Source: Aestuariivirgaceae bacterium
Lineage (GTDB): Bacteria; Pseudomonadota; Alphaproteobacteria; Rhizobiales; Aestuariivirgaceae
DNA: 28,592 nt
Assembly: GCA_036554625.1 (NCBI GenBank)
Contig: DATBMX010000456.1
Coordinates: 1-28,592 of the forward strand
Direction of reading: 5' to 3'
Numbering within the stretch: position 1 is the first letter of the stretch; the number at the start of each line of letters is the position of its first letter. The position numbers and the translations under genes are program-made. The notes under the pieces were generated by a model. The model did no database searches and was not told where the DNA came from. It saw only the letters and a program-made list of their open reading frames with translations. Below are positions 7,874-16,518 of this stretch, piece after piece.

Positions 7874-9655
7874 ATGAGAATCGGCAAGAGGTTCACAACG
7901 ATTATCCCCGATTTGTCCGCCACCCTGGCCCGTTTCCCCGGTCCCGCGGTTGCGTCTCTCATCATGTGCGTGGTTGCCAATCTCGCAGTCGCAGAAGAGA
8001 ATTTCGCCGACGACCAATTTTACAGTGATGCTCTGTGGGGTGGGGCCGCCGCCTTCATCGCGAGTGGGTCAGCACATCTGTTTGCCGAGTCCAGGGGTTG
8101 GACAGCGAGCAGAAACAATACTTTCAGCCTTCTGACCGGCCTCGCAGCAGCAGTCATTTTTTTGCTTCACCGCGAATTGGGTGTCGACCGATGGTTCTCG
8201 ACGGTCGGGCTCGTCCTTCTGTTGATGACAGCAGCCTATCTGCGCCCCGGGGCGAGCCAGGCCGCCTTTTGGCTGTTCAACCTGCGACTTGGGTTGGCTG
8301 CCATCCTCGCGGGTCTTGTGACGGCCGCCGCCTGTGGTGGCGTTTCTGCCATCCTGGCCAGCCTGGAGTTTTTGTTCGAGATCAAGATGCATGGCGATCT
8401 CTATCAGCATGTGTGGTCCACCGGCGTGACCTTGCTCGGGCCGATTTATGGATTGGCGCTCACGCCAGCCGTTCTCGATGAAGAGGTTGACCTCGACAAC
8501 TATCGCGACTCCCTGCTCGAGCGCGGCGTATCCGTGCTTCTCACCTATATCCTGATACCGCTCGTCCTCATCTACACCGCCATCCTCTATGCCTACGCAG
8601 CCAGAATCGCTCTCGCCTGGACCTTGCCGAAGGGCCAGATCGCGACTCTCGTGACGCTGTTCGCTCTCGCCGGCACAGCCGCCTATCTGATCTCCTATCC
8701 TTGGCGAAGCCGTGGAACGGCACTGCTCAGGATGTTTCGGTCCGCCTGGTTTCCACTGACCATCATACCTGTTGTACTCCTCGTCATCGGCACTTGGCGG
8801 CGGATCCATGACTATGGGATCACGCCTGAGCGTTATGCTTTGGTTGCCATCGCTGCCTGGCTCATTGGCTTGATTGTCGTCTTCGTCCACCGGCGGCGCT
8901 CGATCGACATCAGGTATATCGTCGCAAGTTTCGGCGCGGTGGCGCTTGTAACGTCCATCGGCCCCTGGGGCGCACGCACGCTATCCATGACCGATCAGTT
9001 TGGCCGGTTGGAGACGCTGCTCAGCAGGCATGGGTTTCTGATAAACGGCAGGATCCCCGATACGACGCCTCCTCCCGCCGCCATGGCCGACGATGAACGC
9101 GAAACAGCGGGTTCGATCGTTCATTTTCTGGTCGACCGGGAGGAGCATGAACGTTTTCGGCCATGGTTTGCAGGACGCATGGCCGATCCATGGAAAAGAA
9201 GTGACTTTAAACCGTCTTTTGTCGCTGAAACTCTGATCAGCATCGTCGGCTATCGACATAGGGAGACGCCGGGCAACAATCAGCAGGTGAGTTTTGACGC
9301 CTCGGTGCCCCTGACCTTCTCGCCTGCGGCGGGAAATGTGATTGCCGGGCCCATCAAATTGCGTCGTGGGACCAGGCAGCAGCTTGAACAGTCTCCTCGC
9401 GTTCTCGGCATCGAGAATAGGGGGTCCGCCTTGGCCATACTTCATGGCGACCGCACATGGCTGATCAAGACGAGCGACCTCTTGGCGCAGGCCGTCGATG
9501 TTGACGCGTTGCCTTCCTCCCGGCCTCCATTGTCGATCACGCTTGGCGAGCCTCCCGAACGGATGACGTTGATTGTGGACCAGCTGTACGGCGAGTTCGA
9601 TCGAGGACAAGCCAAGGTTCATTCTGGACAGTTTTGGCTGGTACTGCCGCAGTAA
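7874..9655 (+). CDS. DUF4153-family multi-pass membrane protein
   Basis: About 11 TM segments with YILIPLVLIYTAILYAY and RRIHDYGITPERY motifs, then a soluble C-terminal domain. Start trimmed to ATG 7874 because the ORF-track start lies inside the REP. Confidence 0.8.
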   Translation: MRIGKRFTTIIPDLSATLARFPGPAVASLIMCVVANLAVAEENFADDQFYSDALWGGAAAFIASGSAHLFAESRGWTASRNNTFSLLTGLAAAVIFLLHRELGVDRWFSTVGLVLLLMTAAYLRPGASQAAFWLFNLRLGLAAILAGLVTAAACGGVSAILASLEFLFEIKMHGDLYQHVWSTGVTLLGPIYGLALTPAVLDEEVDLDNYRDSLLERGVSVLLTYILIPLVLIYTAILYAYAARIALAWTLPKGQIATLVTLFALAGTAAYLISYPWRSRGTALLRMFRSAWFPLTIIPVVLLVIGTWRRIHDYGITPERYALVAIAAWLIGLIVVFVHRRRSIDIRYIVASFGAVALVTSIGPWGARTLSMTDQFGRLETLLSRHGFLINGRIPDTTPPPAAMADDERETAGSIVHFLVDREEHERFRPWFAGRMADPWKRSDFKPSFVAETLISIVGYRHRETPGNNQQVSFDASVPLTFSPAAGNVIAGPIKLRRGTRQQLEQSPRVLGIENRGSALAILHGDRTWLIKTSDLLAQAVDVDALPSSRPPLSITLGEPPERMTLIVDQLYGEFDRGQAKVHSGQFWLVLPQ

Positions 9656-9694
9656 ATGCACTCCCGTCGCCGCCCCGCGTTCGTCAGATCCATT

Positions 9695-9772
9695 CGTCAC
9701 CCGACGCAAGTCGAAGTCCAGCTTCGGGCGGCTGCACACTGAAGCTGGATTCAGGCTTTCGCGGGAATGACG
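9695..9772. repeat. REP/REPIN-like palindromic element, copy 2 (inverted relative to copy 1)
   Basis: Reverse complement cgtcattcccgcgaaagcctgaatccagcttc...gaagctggacttcgacttgcgtcgggtgacg aligns arm-for-arm with 4452-4530. Confidence 0.75.
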
Positions 9773-9851
9773 AAGGGTGCAGCGCGTCTCGCGCTCCACT
9801 CTCCTTCGCCCGAAGCCTGCACGGCCGGCCGGTTCTTCGACGTGCTCCACA

Positions 9852-10766
9852 CTAAATATTGTGCCGCGTATATTGCGCCACATAGTCGAAACCGCCCAGC
9901 CGCTGCTTGTAGCCCTCCGACAGCGCGCGCGTGACCGGGCCCCAGGCGCCCGCCGACATGATCTTTCCGTTGATCGATTTCACCGGCACGAGGCACCAGC
10001 TCGTCGAGGTGATGAAGGCTTCCTCCGCAACATAGGCATCGTAGAGATCGATGTCGGCCTCGCGCAGAGGCACGCTGAGATCGCCGGCGATCTCCATGAC
10101 CGTCTGGCGCGAGAGACCCGCGAGCACATAGCGCTCATGCGGGGTCAGCACTTCTCCGTCGCGGACAATGAAGATGTTGGAGCCGAGGCCCTCGCACAGA
10201 CAGCCGCGGGTATCGAGCAGCACGCAGGTGGCCCCGGGTTTCAGCGCCTGCACCTCGACATCGCCGGCCACCAGATTGCCGTAGCTCAGCGATTTGTAGC
10301 GCGGGCTGATGGCCTCGGGCGGCGTGCGGCGAATGCCGCCCGGCGTGATCACCTCGAGACCCTCCTGCATGCCGCGCGCCCGCGCCTTGAGCGGCAGCGG
10401 AGAGCATTCGATGATGACCGTGGGAGCGCCCTCTGCCGAGGTGCGCGCAAGCGAGCGCACTCCGCGCGAGATCCATTGCGTCAGCCAATAATCATCATGT
10501 TCCGCGAGCAGCGGCAGGTTGCGCTCGAAAACCTCGAGCGTCAGATCGAGCATCTGCTTCGCCGACAGCCCCGGATCGAGTCGCAGATAGGCAAGCGACT
10601 TGTAGAGGCGGTCGATATGCTCGCGAAACAGAAAGGGCTTGTGGCCCGCGGAGCGCGCCGTATCGAAGGCGCCGTCGCCCACCGAAAACCCGTAGTCCCG
10701 GAACGACACCCGCACCTGGCTCTCCGGCACGATGCCGCCGTTGAAATATGCAACACGCTCATCCAT
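9852..10766 (-). CDS. PLP fold-type IV enzyme (branched-chain/D-amino acid aminotransferase or ADC lyase family)
   Basis: GDGAFDTAR, EHIDRL, catalytic Lys in YKSLSY, EGLGSNIF, LAGLSRQ, EEAFITST and GPVT motifs. Confidence 0.9.
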   Translation of the reverse strand: MDERVAYFNGGIVPESQVRVSFRDYGFSVGDGAFDTARSAGHKPFLFREHIDRLYKSLAYLRLDPGLSAKQMLDLTLEVFERNLPLLAEHDDYWLTQWISRGVRSLARTSAEGAPTVIIECSPLPLKARARGMQEGLEVITPGGIRRTPPEAISPRYKSLSYGNLVAGDVEVQALKPGATCVLLDTRGCLCEGLGSNIFIVRDGEVLTPHERYVLAGLSRQTVMEIAGDLSVPLREADIDLYDAYVAEEAFITSTSWCLVPVKSINGKIMSAGAWGPVTRALSEGYKQRLGGFDYVAQYTRHNI

Positions 10767-10781
10767 CCTGTTTCCCCAGAT

Positions 10782-11417
10782 CTACGCTCGCGCGCGCATC
10801 GACATTTCAAGCTCGCCATAGCCCGTGTAACGGTATTCATAGGCGAGCCTAAGCTTCTTCGCCGCCGCCATGGCGCGCTTGGCCAGCTCCTCATCGCGCG
10901 TCTGCGCCAGATAGACGAGCTTGGTGTAGTTGCCGAAATAGTCGGGCAGAAGCTCGGGGTGCTCCTTGAGGCCCAAGCCTTCCCAGATCAGCTTTTCGAA
11001 ATGACGGGCGAGATAATCGGTGAGGAAGAAGGCGGTGACGTCCGCTTCCGAGGTGCGCGAGAAATCGTCGTTGCCGCTGTAGAACGCGTAGCAATGCGGA
11101 CCATCGATGCGCTCCACGCCCTCCTCGGCCAGCATCTTGTCGAGCAGGCCCCCTGTGCCGCAATCGCCATAGACGACGAAGATTTTCTTGTAGTTCGCCC
11201 GGGCTTCGCGAATTTTGGCCCGCACGCCTTCCGCGATCAGCTGAGGCGTATTGTGCCACTTGGCGGGGAGACAGGCGACGTCGAACACCGTCCAGCGGTT
11301 GCGCTCGATGAGGGCGATGATTTCGCGCGCGAGTGCGCCGCAGGCGATGAGCAGAACATCGCCCTGGCCATTGCTGAAGGTGAACTCCTCCGAAGGACGC
11401 AGATCGATTTTCGTCAT
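10782..11417 (-). CDS. DUF1638-domain protein (implicated in cobalamin reactivation of split methionine synthase)
   Basis: IACGALARE, CLPAKWHNTP, VYGDCGTGG, GPHCYAFY and YTKLVYLAQ motifs. Directly follows the corrinoid protein. Confidence 0.88.
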   Translation of the reverse strand: MTKIDLRPSEEFTFSNGQGDVLLIACGALAREIIALIERNRWTVFDVACLPAKWHNTPQLIAEGVRAKIREARANYKKIFVVYGDCGTGGLLDKMLAEEGVERIDGPHCYAFYSGNDDFSRTSEADVTAFFLTDYLARHFEKLIWEGLGLKEHPELLPDYFGNYTKLVYLAQTRDEELAKRAMAAAKKLRLAYEYRYTGYGELEMSMRARA

Positions 11418-11429
11418 AAGTCCTGTCTG

Positions 11430-12131
11430 TCAGCCGGCGGCGGCCAGCTGATTGTGCTTGCGCGTCATGAAGCTCTTGGCCGTCTCCACCGCCACCGCGG
11501 CATCGCGGCAATAGGCGTCGGCGCCGATCGCCTTGGCGAACTCCTCGTTCAGGGGAGCACCGCCGACGAGCACGACATAATCGTCGCGCATGCCCTTCTC
11601 TCTCAGCGTGTCGATCACGACCTTCATATAGGGCATGGTCGTAGTGAGGAGCGCTGACATGCCGAGAATGTCCGGCTTGTGTTCCTCGATGGCGGCCAGA
11701 TATTTCTCCACCGGATTGTTGATGCCGAGGTCGATAACCTCGAAGCCCGCCCCTTCCATCATCATGCTGACGAGATTCTTGCCGATGTCGTGAATGTCGC
11801 CCTTCACCGTGCCGATGACCATCTTGCCGACGCGGGGAGCCCCGGTCTCGGCGAGCAGCGGCTTGAGAATGGCCATGCCGGCCTTCATGGCGTTGGCGGC
11901 AAGCAGCACCTCGGGCACGAAAAGGATGCCGTCGCGAAAATCGATGCCGACGATGCGCATGCCCTCGACGAGCGCTTCGGTCAGCACCTTGTAGGGCGCC
12001 CAGCCGCGCTCCAGCAAAATATGGACACCGTCCTCGATCTCCTCCTTGAGGCCATCGTAGAGATCGTCATGCATCTGCTGGGTCAGCTCTTCATCATTCA
12101 GCGACCTGAGATCGAGTTCGTCACCGCTCAT
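11430..12131 (-). CDS. Corrinoid (B12-binding) protein, cap + cobalamin domains of a split MetH
   Basis: GTVKGDIHDIGKNLV, LSALLTTT-like MSALLTTTM and VGGAP motifs. Start trimmed to MSGDELDL (12131). Confidence 0.93.
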   Translation of the reverse strand: MSGDELDLRSLNDEELTQQMHDDLYDGLKEEIEDGVHILLERGWAPYKVLTEALVEGMRIVGIDFRDGILFVPEVLLAANAMKAGMAILKPLLAETGAPRVGKMVIGTVKGDIHDIGKNLVSMMMEGAGFEVIDLGINNPVEKYLAAIEEHKPDILGMSALLTTTMPYMKVVIDTLREKGMRDDYVVLVGGAPLNEEFAKAIGADAYCRDAAVAVETAKSFMTRKHNQLAAAG

Positions 12132-12274
12132 TATCCATCGTCTCCAAAACGCCGGCTCCACAGCCTTTATAAAGGCAACCCGTCAAAATATTCCTTCCCC
12201 GGGCGACGCCCATCTGCGCGATTGCGACTTTTAGCGGCTGCCGGCGGAATTTGCCACCGGGGGACGAAAAACCA

Positions 12275-12300
12275 TCACCCCGGCCGCGAAGCCGGGGTGA
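12275..12300 (-). terminator. Rho-independent terminator of the YciF-like gene
   Basis: 10-bp perfect stem TCACCCCGGC-cgcgaa-GCCGGGGTGA, followed on the minus strand by TGGTTTTT. Confidence 0.8.
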
Positions 12301-12326
12301 GGGCCAGGCATCAGCCACGCGTCTGG

Positions 12327-12815
12327 CTATGCCGCCTTGCGGTTGACGTCGGATTCGGCGATTTCCGTCAGCATCTTGTCGGTCTCTTTCTCCTCATCCA
12401 GGGTTTCGCTCAGAACAGGCTCGGCGTCGTTCAGTCCGAGTTGCTTCGCCCAGGCAATCAAGGTGCCGTAGCGGGTGATCTCATAGTGCTCGACTGCTTG
12501 TGCCGCCGCGAGGAGGCCCGCGTCGAGAACCTCCGGATCCTTTACGTCCTTGAGCAGCTCCTGGGTTTCCTCCAGAAGCCCGTCGAGCGCGGGGCATTGC
12601 TCGCCGCGCGGCTTAAGATCAGCCATTTCAAACACCTGCTCGAGGCGAGCAAGCTGCTGTTCGGTCTGCGCCGCATGTTCCTCGAAGGCGCGCCGCAGTT
12701 CCGGGTTGTTTGCCTTTCTCGCCATGCGCGGCAGCTCCGACACGAGCTTCCTCTCGACGTAGAAAATGTCTCTGAGCGTGTGTTCGAACAGGTCCTGCAT
12801 CGATTGTATGGCCAT
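12327..12815 (-). CDS. yciF: YciE/YciF (DUF892) ferritin-like stress protein
   Basis: LRDIFYVERKL, FEEHAAQTEQQLARLEQVF, AAAQAVEHYEITRYGTL and TLDEEKETD motifs; AGGAG RBS. Confidence 0.92.
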   Translation of the reverse strand: MAIQSMQDLFEHTLRDIFYVERKLVSELPRMARKANNPELRRAFEEHAAQTEQQLARLEQVFEMADLKPRGEQCPALDGLLEETQELLKDVKDPEVLDAGLLAAAQAVEHYEITRYGTLIAWAKQLGLNDAEPVLSETLDEEKETDKMLTEIAESDVNRKAA

Positions 12816-12851
12816 CGTTATCTCCTGATTTGCCGGGTTTCGTCGCTCGGC

Positions 12852-12876
12852 AACGCCAGCTGCAAACGGGGGTTCC
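12852..12876 (-). promoter_or_regulatory. EcfG/sigmaT-type promoter for yciF
   Basis: Minus strand GGAAC-ccccgtttgcagctgg(16)-CGTT. Confidence 0.8.
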
Positions 12877-12942
12877 CTATGCCCTTATGCATTCGAAATA
12901 TCGCATGTCGTCTTGTCTTGCCGCGACAAACCCGCCGCTCAA

Positions 12943-12968
12943 GGAACCATTAACGATGCACGGGCGTT
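12943..12968 (+). promoter_or_regulatory. EcfG/sigmaT-type promoter for the PRC-barrel protein
   Basis: GGAAC-cattaacgatgcacggg(17)-CGTT. Confidence 0.8.
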
Positions 12969-13033
12969 GGTCGCCGGGAGCTCGCGGGGCCCCCTCGTCT
13001 CCGCGCGCTGTCTTGCCAAGGAAGGAAAGATCC

Positions 13034-13951
13034 ATGAACAAGCTAATCATAGCCAGTGCGGCGGCTGCCCTTATGATGGGCGCCTCCGCATCTGCTTTTG
13101 CACAGGCGACGCAACAAGATTGTCAGTCCATGTTCCAGAAGGCGGATGTGAACAAGGACAGCTCTCTGCAGGCTGAAGAAGCCAAGGTGTTCCTCGACGC
13201 GATGAACCAGGCGCAGGTTCAGCCGAAGGATGCCTCCCTGGTGACGCAGGACGAGTTCATGCAGGCATGCCAGAAAAATGCCTTCGCGAACATCGATCCC
13301 AACACCATAGGCACGGCTGCCGCGACGGGCACGGCAACCACGACCACCGACCAATCGGCGACGGCGACCACTACGGATCCGGCGGCGAGCGGCACGGCAA
13401 CCACGACCACCGACCCGGCGGCTGAAACGGCGACCACCACCGATCCGGCCGCGAGCGGCACCGCGGCGACAGAGACGACAGATCAGTCGGCGACGGGCAC
13501 GACCGCCACGACCGATCCGGCTGCCACGGGCACGGCGACTACCGACCAGACCGCATCAACCGATACAACCGGTCAGGCCGAGCAGCCGAGCGGTGAACAA
13601 GCTCTTGCCGCGCCGTCCGGTTTGCTGGCGTCCAACATCATCGGCACGACCGTCTATTCGCAGGACAATCAGTCGATTGGTGACATCAACGACATTATCC
13701 TGTCCCAGGAGGGTCAGCCGAGCCAGGTCATCGTCGGCGTGGGCGGCTTCCTCGGCATCGGTGAAAAAGACGTCGTTCTTGATATGAACAAGCTGCAGAT
13801 CGCCGCAACGGATGATGGCAACGTCAAGATCGTGGCTCAGACTTCTCAGGAAGAGCTGAGAAACATGCCGGCTTTCATGCGCCAGGGCGAGGCTGCGAGC
13901 GGAGGCGAGCAGCCACAGCCGGATCAGCAGCAACAGCAACAGCAGCAGTAA
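13034..13951 (+). CDS. Secreted protein: signal peptide, EF-hand-like domain, Thr/Ala repeat linker, PRC-barrel, poly-Gln tail
   Basis: MNKLIIAS...ASAFA signal; DVNKDSSLQAEE loop; PRC-barrel LLASNIIGTTVYSQDNQSIGDINDIIL...VIVGVGGFLGIGEKDV. AAGGA RBS before ATG 13034. Confidence 0.88.
   Translation: MNKLIIASAAAALMMGASASAFAQATQQDCQSMFQKADVNKDSSLQAEEAKVFLDAMNQAQVQPKDASLVTQDEFMQACQKNAFANIDPNTIGTAAATGTATTTTDQSATATTTDPAASGTATTTTDPAAETATTTDPAASGTAATETTDQSATGTTATTDPAATGTATTDQTASTDTTGQAEQPSGEQALAAPSGLLASNIIGTTVYSQDNQSIGDINDIILSQEGQPSQVIVGVGGFLGIGEKDVVLDMNKLQIAATDDGNVKIVAQTSQEELRNMPAFMRQGEAASGGEQPQPDQQQQQQQQ
13310..13565 (+). repeat. Imperfect intragenic tandem repeats encoding (G)TATTTD(P/Q)(A/S)A units
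   Basis: Seven TTD(P/Q) units, e.g. ggcacggcaaccacgaccaccgac occurs twice. Confidence 0.8.
13925..13948 (+). repeat. CAG/CAA run encoding eight terminal Gln
   Basis: CAG CAG CAA CAG CAA CAG CAG CAG TAA. Confidence 0.85.
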
Positions 13952-13979
13952 GCCTCCCCGCCTTTACTGCTGAATGAGA

Positions 13980-14011
13980 GAGCCGGGAAGGCCTTGAGGC
14001 TTTCCCGGCTC
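13980..14011. terminator. Hairpin terminator between the convergent PRC-barrel gene and ligD
   Basis: GAGCCGGGAAGGCC-ttga-GGCTTTCCCGGCTC followed by CTTTCT. Confidence 0.75.
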
Positions 14012-14015
14012 CTTT

Positions 14016-16514
14016 CTACTTCCTGGGGGTTCTGCCTTTGCCGCGCAGATAGTCGAGCACGTTAGGGTCAATGCGTTGGCGCGTTCTGAAGAAATCTGAA
14101 AGCCAGGGATCCTTGCGTCGCGGCGCGGTCTCCAGCGTGAATTCATCGGCGCTTTCGAGCTTCTTCAGCTCCGTCCATGACACCGGCACGGCCACGCTGG
14201 CATTGGGCTTGGCGCGCAGCGACCAGGGAAGTATGGCGCTTGCCGTCAGCCGATTGCGAAGCCAGTCGATGTAGATTTTTCTCTTCCTCTTCTCCTTCGA
14301 TGCGGTGGCGATGAAGCGCTCGGGGTCGGCTTCGGCAAGCCCGCGCGCGATGCCGGAAGCAAAATCGGTGATCTCATCCCAGCCTTGGCTTGCGTCGAGA
14401 GGAATGATGACGTGAACGCCCTTGCCGCCGGTGATCAGCGGAAAGCTCTCGAGCTCGATCCCGCGCAGCAGCTCGCGCAGTTCGAAAGCCGCGTCGCGCA
14501 CGGCGGCGAATTTTACGGCGGGATCGGGATCGAGGTCGAGGACCACGCGGTCGGGATTGTTGAGCTTCGGCAGGCGGGCGCCCCAGCCATGAAGCTCGAT
14601 CACGCCGAACTGGGCGGCCGTCGTGAGGCCATCGGCGCCGTGGAGAGCGATGAAATCCTTATGCTCGCCTTCTGGGTCGGGCACCCGCCTGATGCCGGCG
14701 CTCATGCCGGGCAGCTGGTGCCGCTGGAAGAACGTCTCTCCCTTGAGGCCTTCTGGCGCGCGAACGAAGCTGATGGGCCTGTCCTGCAGGTGCGGAAGGA
14801 TGCGATCGGCGACGGCAAGGTAATAGGAAGCGGAATCGCCCTTGGTGAAACGCGGCTTTGGAAAGATGATCCGCTCTGGATGGGTGATGGAGGACGGAAC
14901 GGGCGGCAGCGCCTGCGAACGGCGGGGCTTCGTCACATTCTTTGCGCTTGCGGCTTTCCCTTTCGCCTTCGCCCCTGTCATCGTTTCAATTCCTTGCGTG
15001 CGGTCCTCTCGCCACCCCAGGAAACGCGCCTGCCGGAGCTGGCCGTCGCTGGTCCAGCCCTGGAACTCAACTTCGGCCCGCATTACGGGCTCGACCCAGC
15101 GCGATTTGCGCGGCGCCTTGTCGAGGCGGCGGACGGGCGGACGCGAGCTGCGCTTGAGCGCATTCAGCTTATCATAGGTCTTCTCGAGCTCCTCGCTGCC
15201 GAAGCCCGTGCCGACGCCGCCGACGAACTTCAGCCCTTCGCTGGTTTCCGAAGCGGCGAGTAGAGACGAGAATTGGCGGCGTTCGGATGGCTTGTAGCCG
15301 ATTATGATGAAATCCTCGCGGCGGGCCGTCTTGGTCTTGACCCAATTGGGCGAGCGACGCGATTCATAGAAAGAGGATGTGCGTTTCGAAACGATCCCTT
15401 CCGCGCCGAGAGCGGCGGCCTTTTCGAACACCAGCGGGCCATCTGCCTCGATGAAGGAGGAGAGTCTGATCGCCCGCCCGTCTGCCTCGCGCAGCGTCTC
15501 CTCGAGTTCCTGCTTGCGCCGGGAAAGCGGCAGCCCTCGCAGATCCTTGCCGTTGCGCATCAGAATGTCGAAGACGACGTAGCTGATCTCCCCCCTCTTG
15601 TCCTTGAGAGCCTGAACGAGGGCCGCGAAGTCAGTGAGGCCTGCCTGGTCGAAAACCACGGCCTCGCCATCGAAAAGCGTCTTGCGAAAGCCAAGTCTCG
15701 CCAGATGTTCGGCAACGGTGGGGAACCGTGCCGTCCAGTCCAGCCCCTCGCGCGTGTAGAGGCGAACACTCTGTGCGTGCAGCGCGGCTTCGAGACGATA
15801 ACCATCGAGTTTCGTCTCATGCAGCCATCCTTCTCCCGGCGGCGGGCGCTTATGCAGCTCGCACATCATGGGAGAAACGAAGAGGGGCAAGGCTTTCGCA
15901 GGAGTCTTCCTGACGGGCCTCGGCGGCGCCTTGCGGCGCTGCGCCTTTCGCGGCGGTTTGCCTTTCTCGATTTCGGCCTTGGAACGTCCGGTAGAGACGC
16001 TGGCTGAAAACGTCTCGATCAAGGGCTCCTTGGCGGCAAAAGCGTCGCGCTCCTTGATCAGAAGCCAATTCTCGCGCCTCTCCTTGCCCTTCATCAGGAC
16101 CAACGCCCAGTTCCCCTTGAGACGATCGCCGTGAAGGGTGAACTTCAAGGATCCTTCTTTGAGGCCGCGGCGGGGATCCTCATTCGGTTCCCATGTGCCC
16201 CTGTCCCACAGCATGACAGTGCCTGCGCCATAATTGCCTTCTGGAATCACGCCCTCGAAGTCGGCATAGGACAGGGGATGGTCTTCGGTGCGCACAGCCA
16301 GTCTCTTGTCGGCGGGATTGAAGCTCGGACCGCGGGTGACGGCCCAGCTCAGCAGCACGCCGTCGAGCTCGAGGCGAAAATCATAATGTTCGCGCGTTGC
16401 CCAATGATGCTGAACGACGAAACTGTTGCCGCGCCGCGCGCCCCCGATGCGCGGTTCTGGAGTCTTGGAGAAATCTCGCTTCGCCTTGTAAGTCGAAAGC
16501 GACCGTTTGGCCAT
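14016..16514 (-). CDS. ligD: NHEJ DNA ligase D (phosphoesterase - ligase - polymerase)
   Basis: PE domain FVVQHHWATREHYDFRLELDGVLLSWAV, ligase ETKLDGYR and EGIVSKR, polymerase ITHPER, DLDP and GGKGVHV. Confidence 0.97.
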   Translation of the reverse strand: MAKRSLSTYKAKRDFSKTPEPRIGGARRGNSFVVQHHWATREHYDFRLELDGVLLSWAVTRGPSFNPADKRLAVRTEDHPLSYADFEGVIPEGNYGAGTVMLWDRGTWEPNEDPRRGLKEGSLKFTLHGDRLKGNWALVLMKGKERRENWLLIKERDAFAAKEPLIETFSASVSTGRSKAEIEKGKPPRKAQRRKAPPRPVRKTPAKALPLFVSPMMCELHKRPPPGEGWLHETKLDGYRLEAALHAQSVRLYTREGLDWTARFPTVAEHLARLGFRKTLFDGEAVVFDQAGLTDFAALVQALKDKRGEISYVVFDILMRNGKDLRGLPLSRRKQELEETLREADGRAIRLSSFIEADGPLVFEKAAALGAEGIVSKRTSSFYESRRSPNWVKTKTARREDFIIIGYKPSERRQFSSLLAASETSEGLKFVGGVGTGFGSEELEKTYDKLNALKRSSRPPVRRLDKAPRKSRWVEPVMRAEVEFQGWTSDGQLRQARFLGWREDRTQGIETMTGAKAKGKAASAKNVTKPRRSQALPPVPSSITHPERIIFPKPRFTKGDSASYYLAVADRILPHLQDRPISFVRAPEGLKGETFFQRHQLPGMSAGIRRVPDPEGEHKDFIALHGADGLTTAAQFGVIELHGWGARLPKLNNPDRVVLDLDPDPAVKFAAVRDAAFELRELLRGIELESFPLITGGKGVHVIIPLDASQGWDEITDFASGIARGLAEADPERFIATASKEKRKRKIYIDWLRNRLTASAILPWSLRAKPNASVAVPVSWTELKKLESADEFTLETAPRRKDPWLSDFFRTRQRIDPNVLDYLRGKGRTPRK

Positions 16515-16518
16515 CGGT

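Noticed and set aside
9777-11657. 626-aa plus-strand ORF
   Set aside because: Antisense shadow of the aminotransferase, DUF1638 and corrinoid genes; no recognisable domain.
12180-12260. Possible SAM-II or cobalamin riboswitch upstream of the corrinoid gene (GCTAAAA seen on the minus strand)
   Set aside because: The other conserved elements and pairings are missing or out of order, and the space is too short for a cobalamin riboswitch.
13310-13565. CRISPR-like array
   Set aside because: Repeats are in-frame, degenerate at third positions and lack unique spacers; they are protein-coding repeats.
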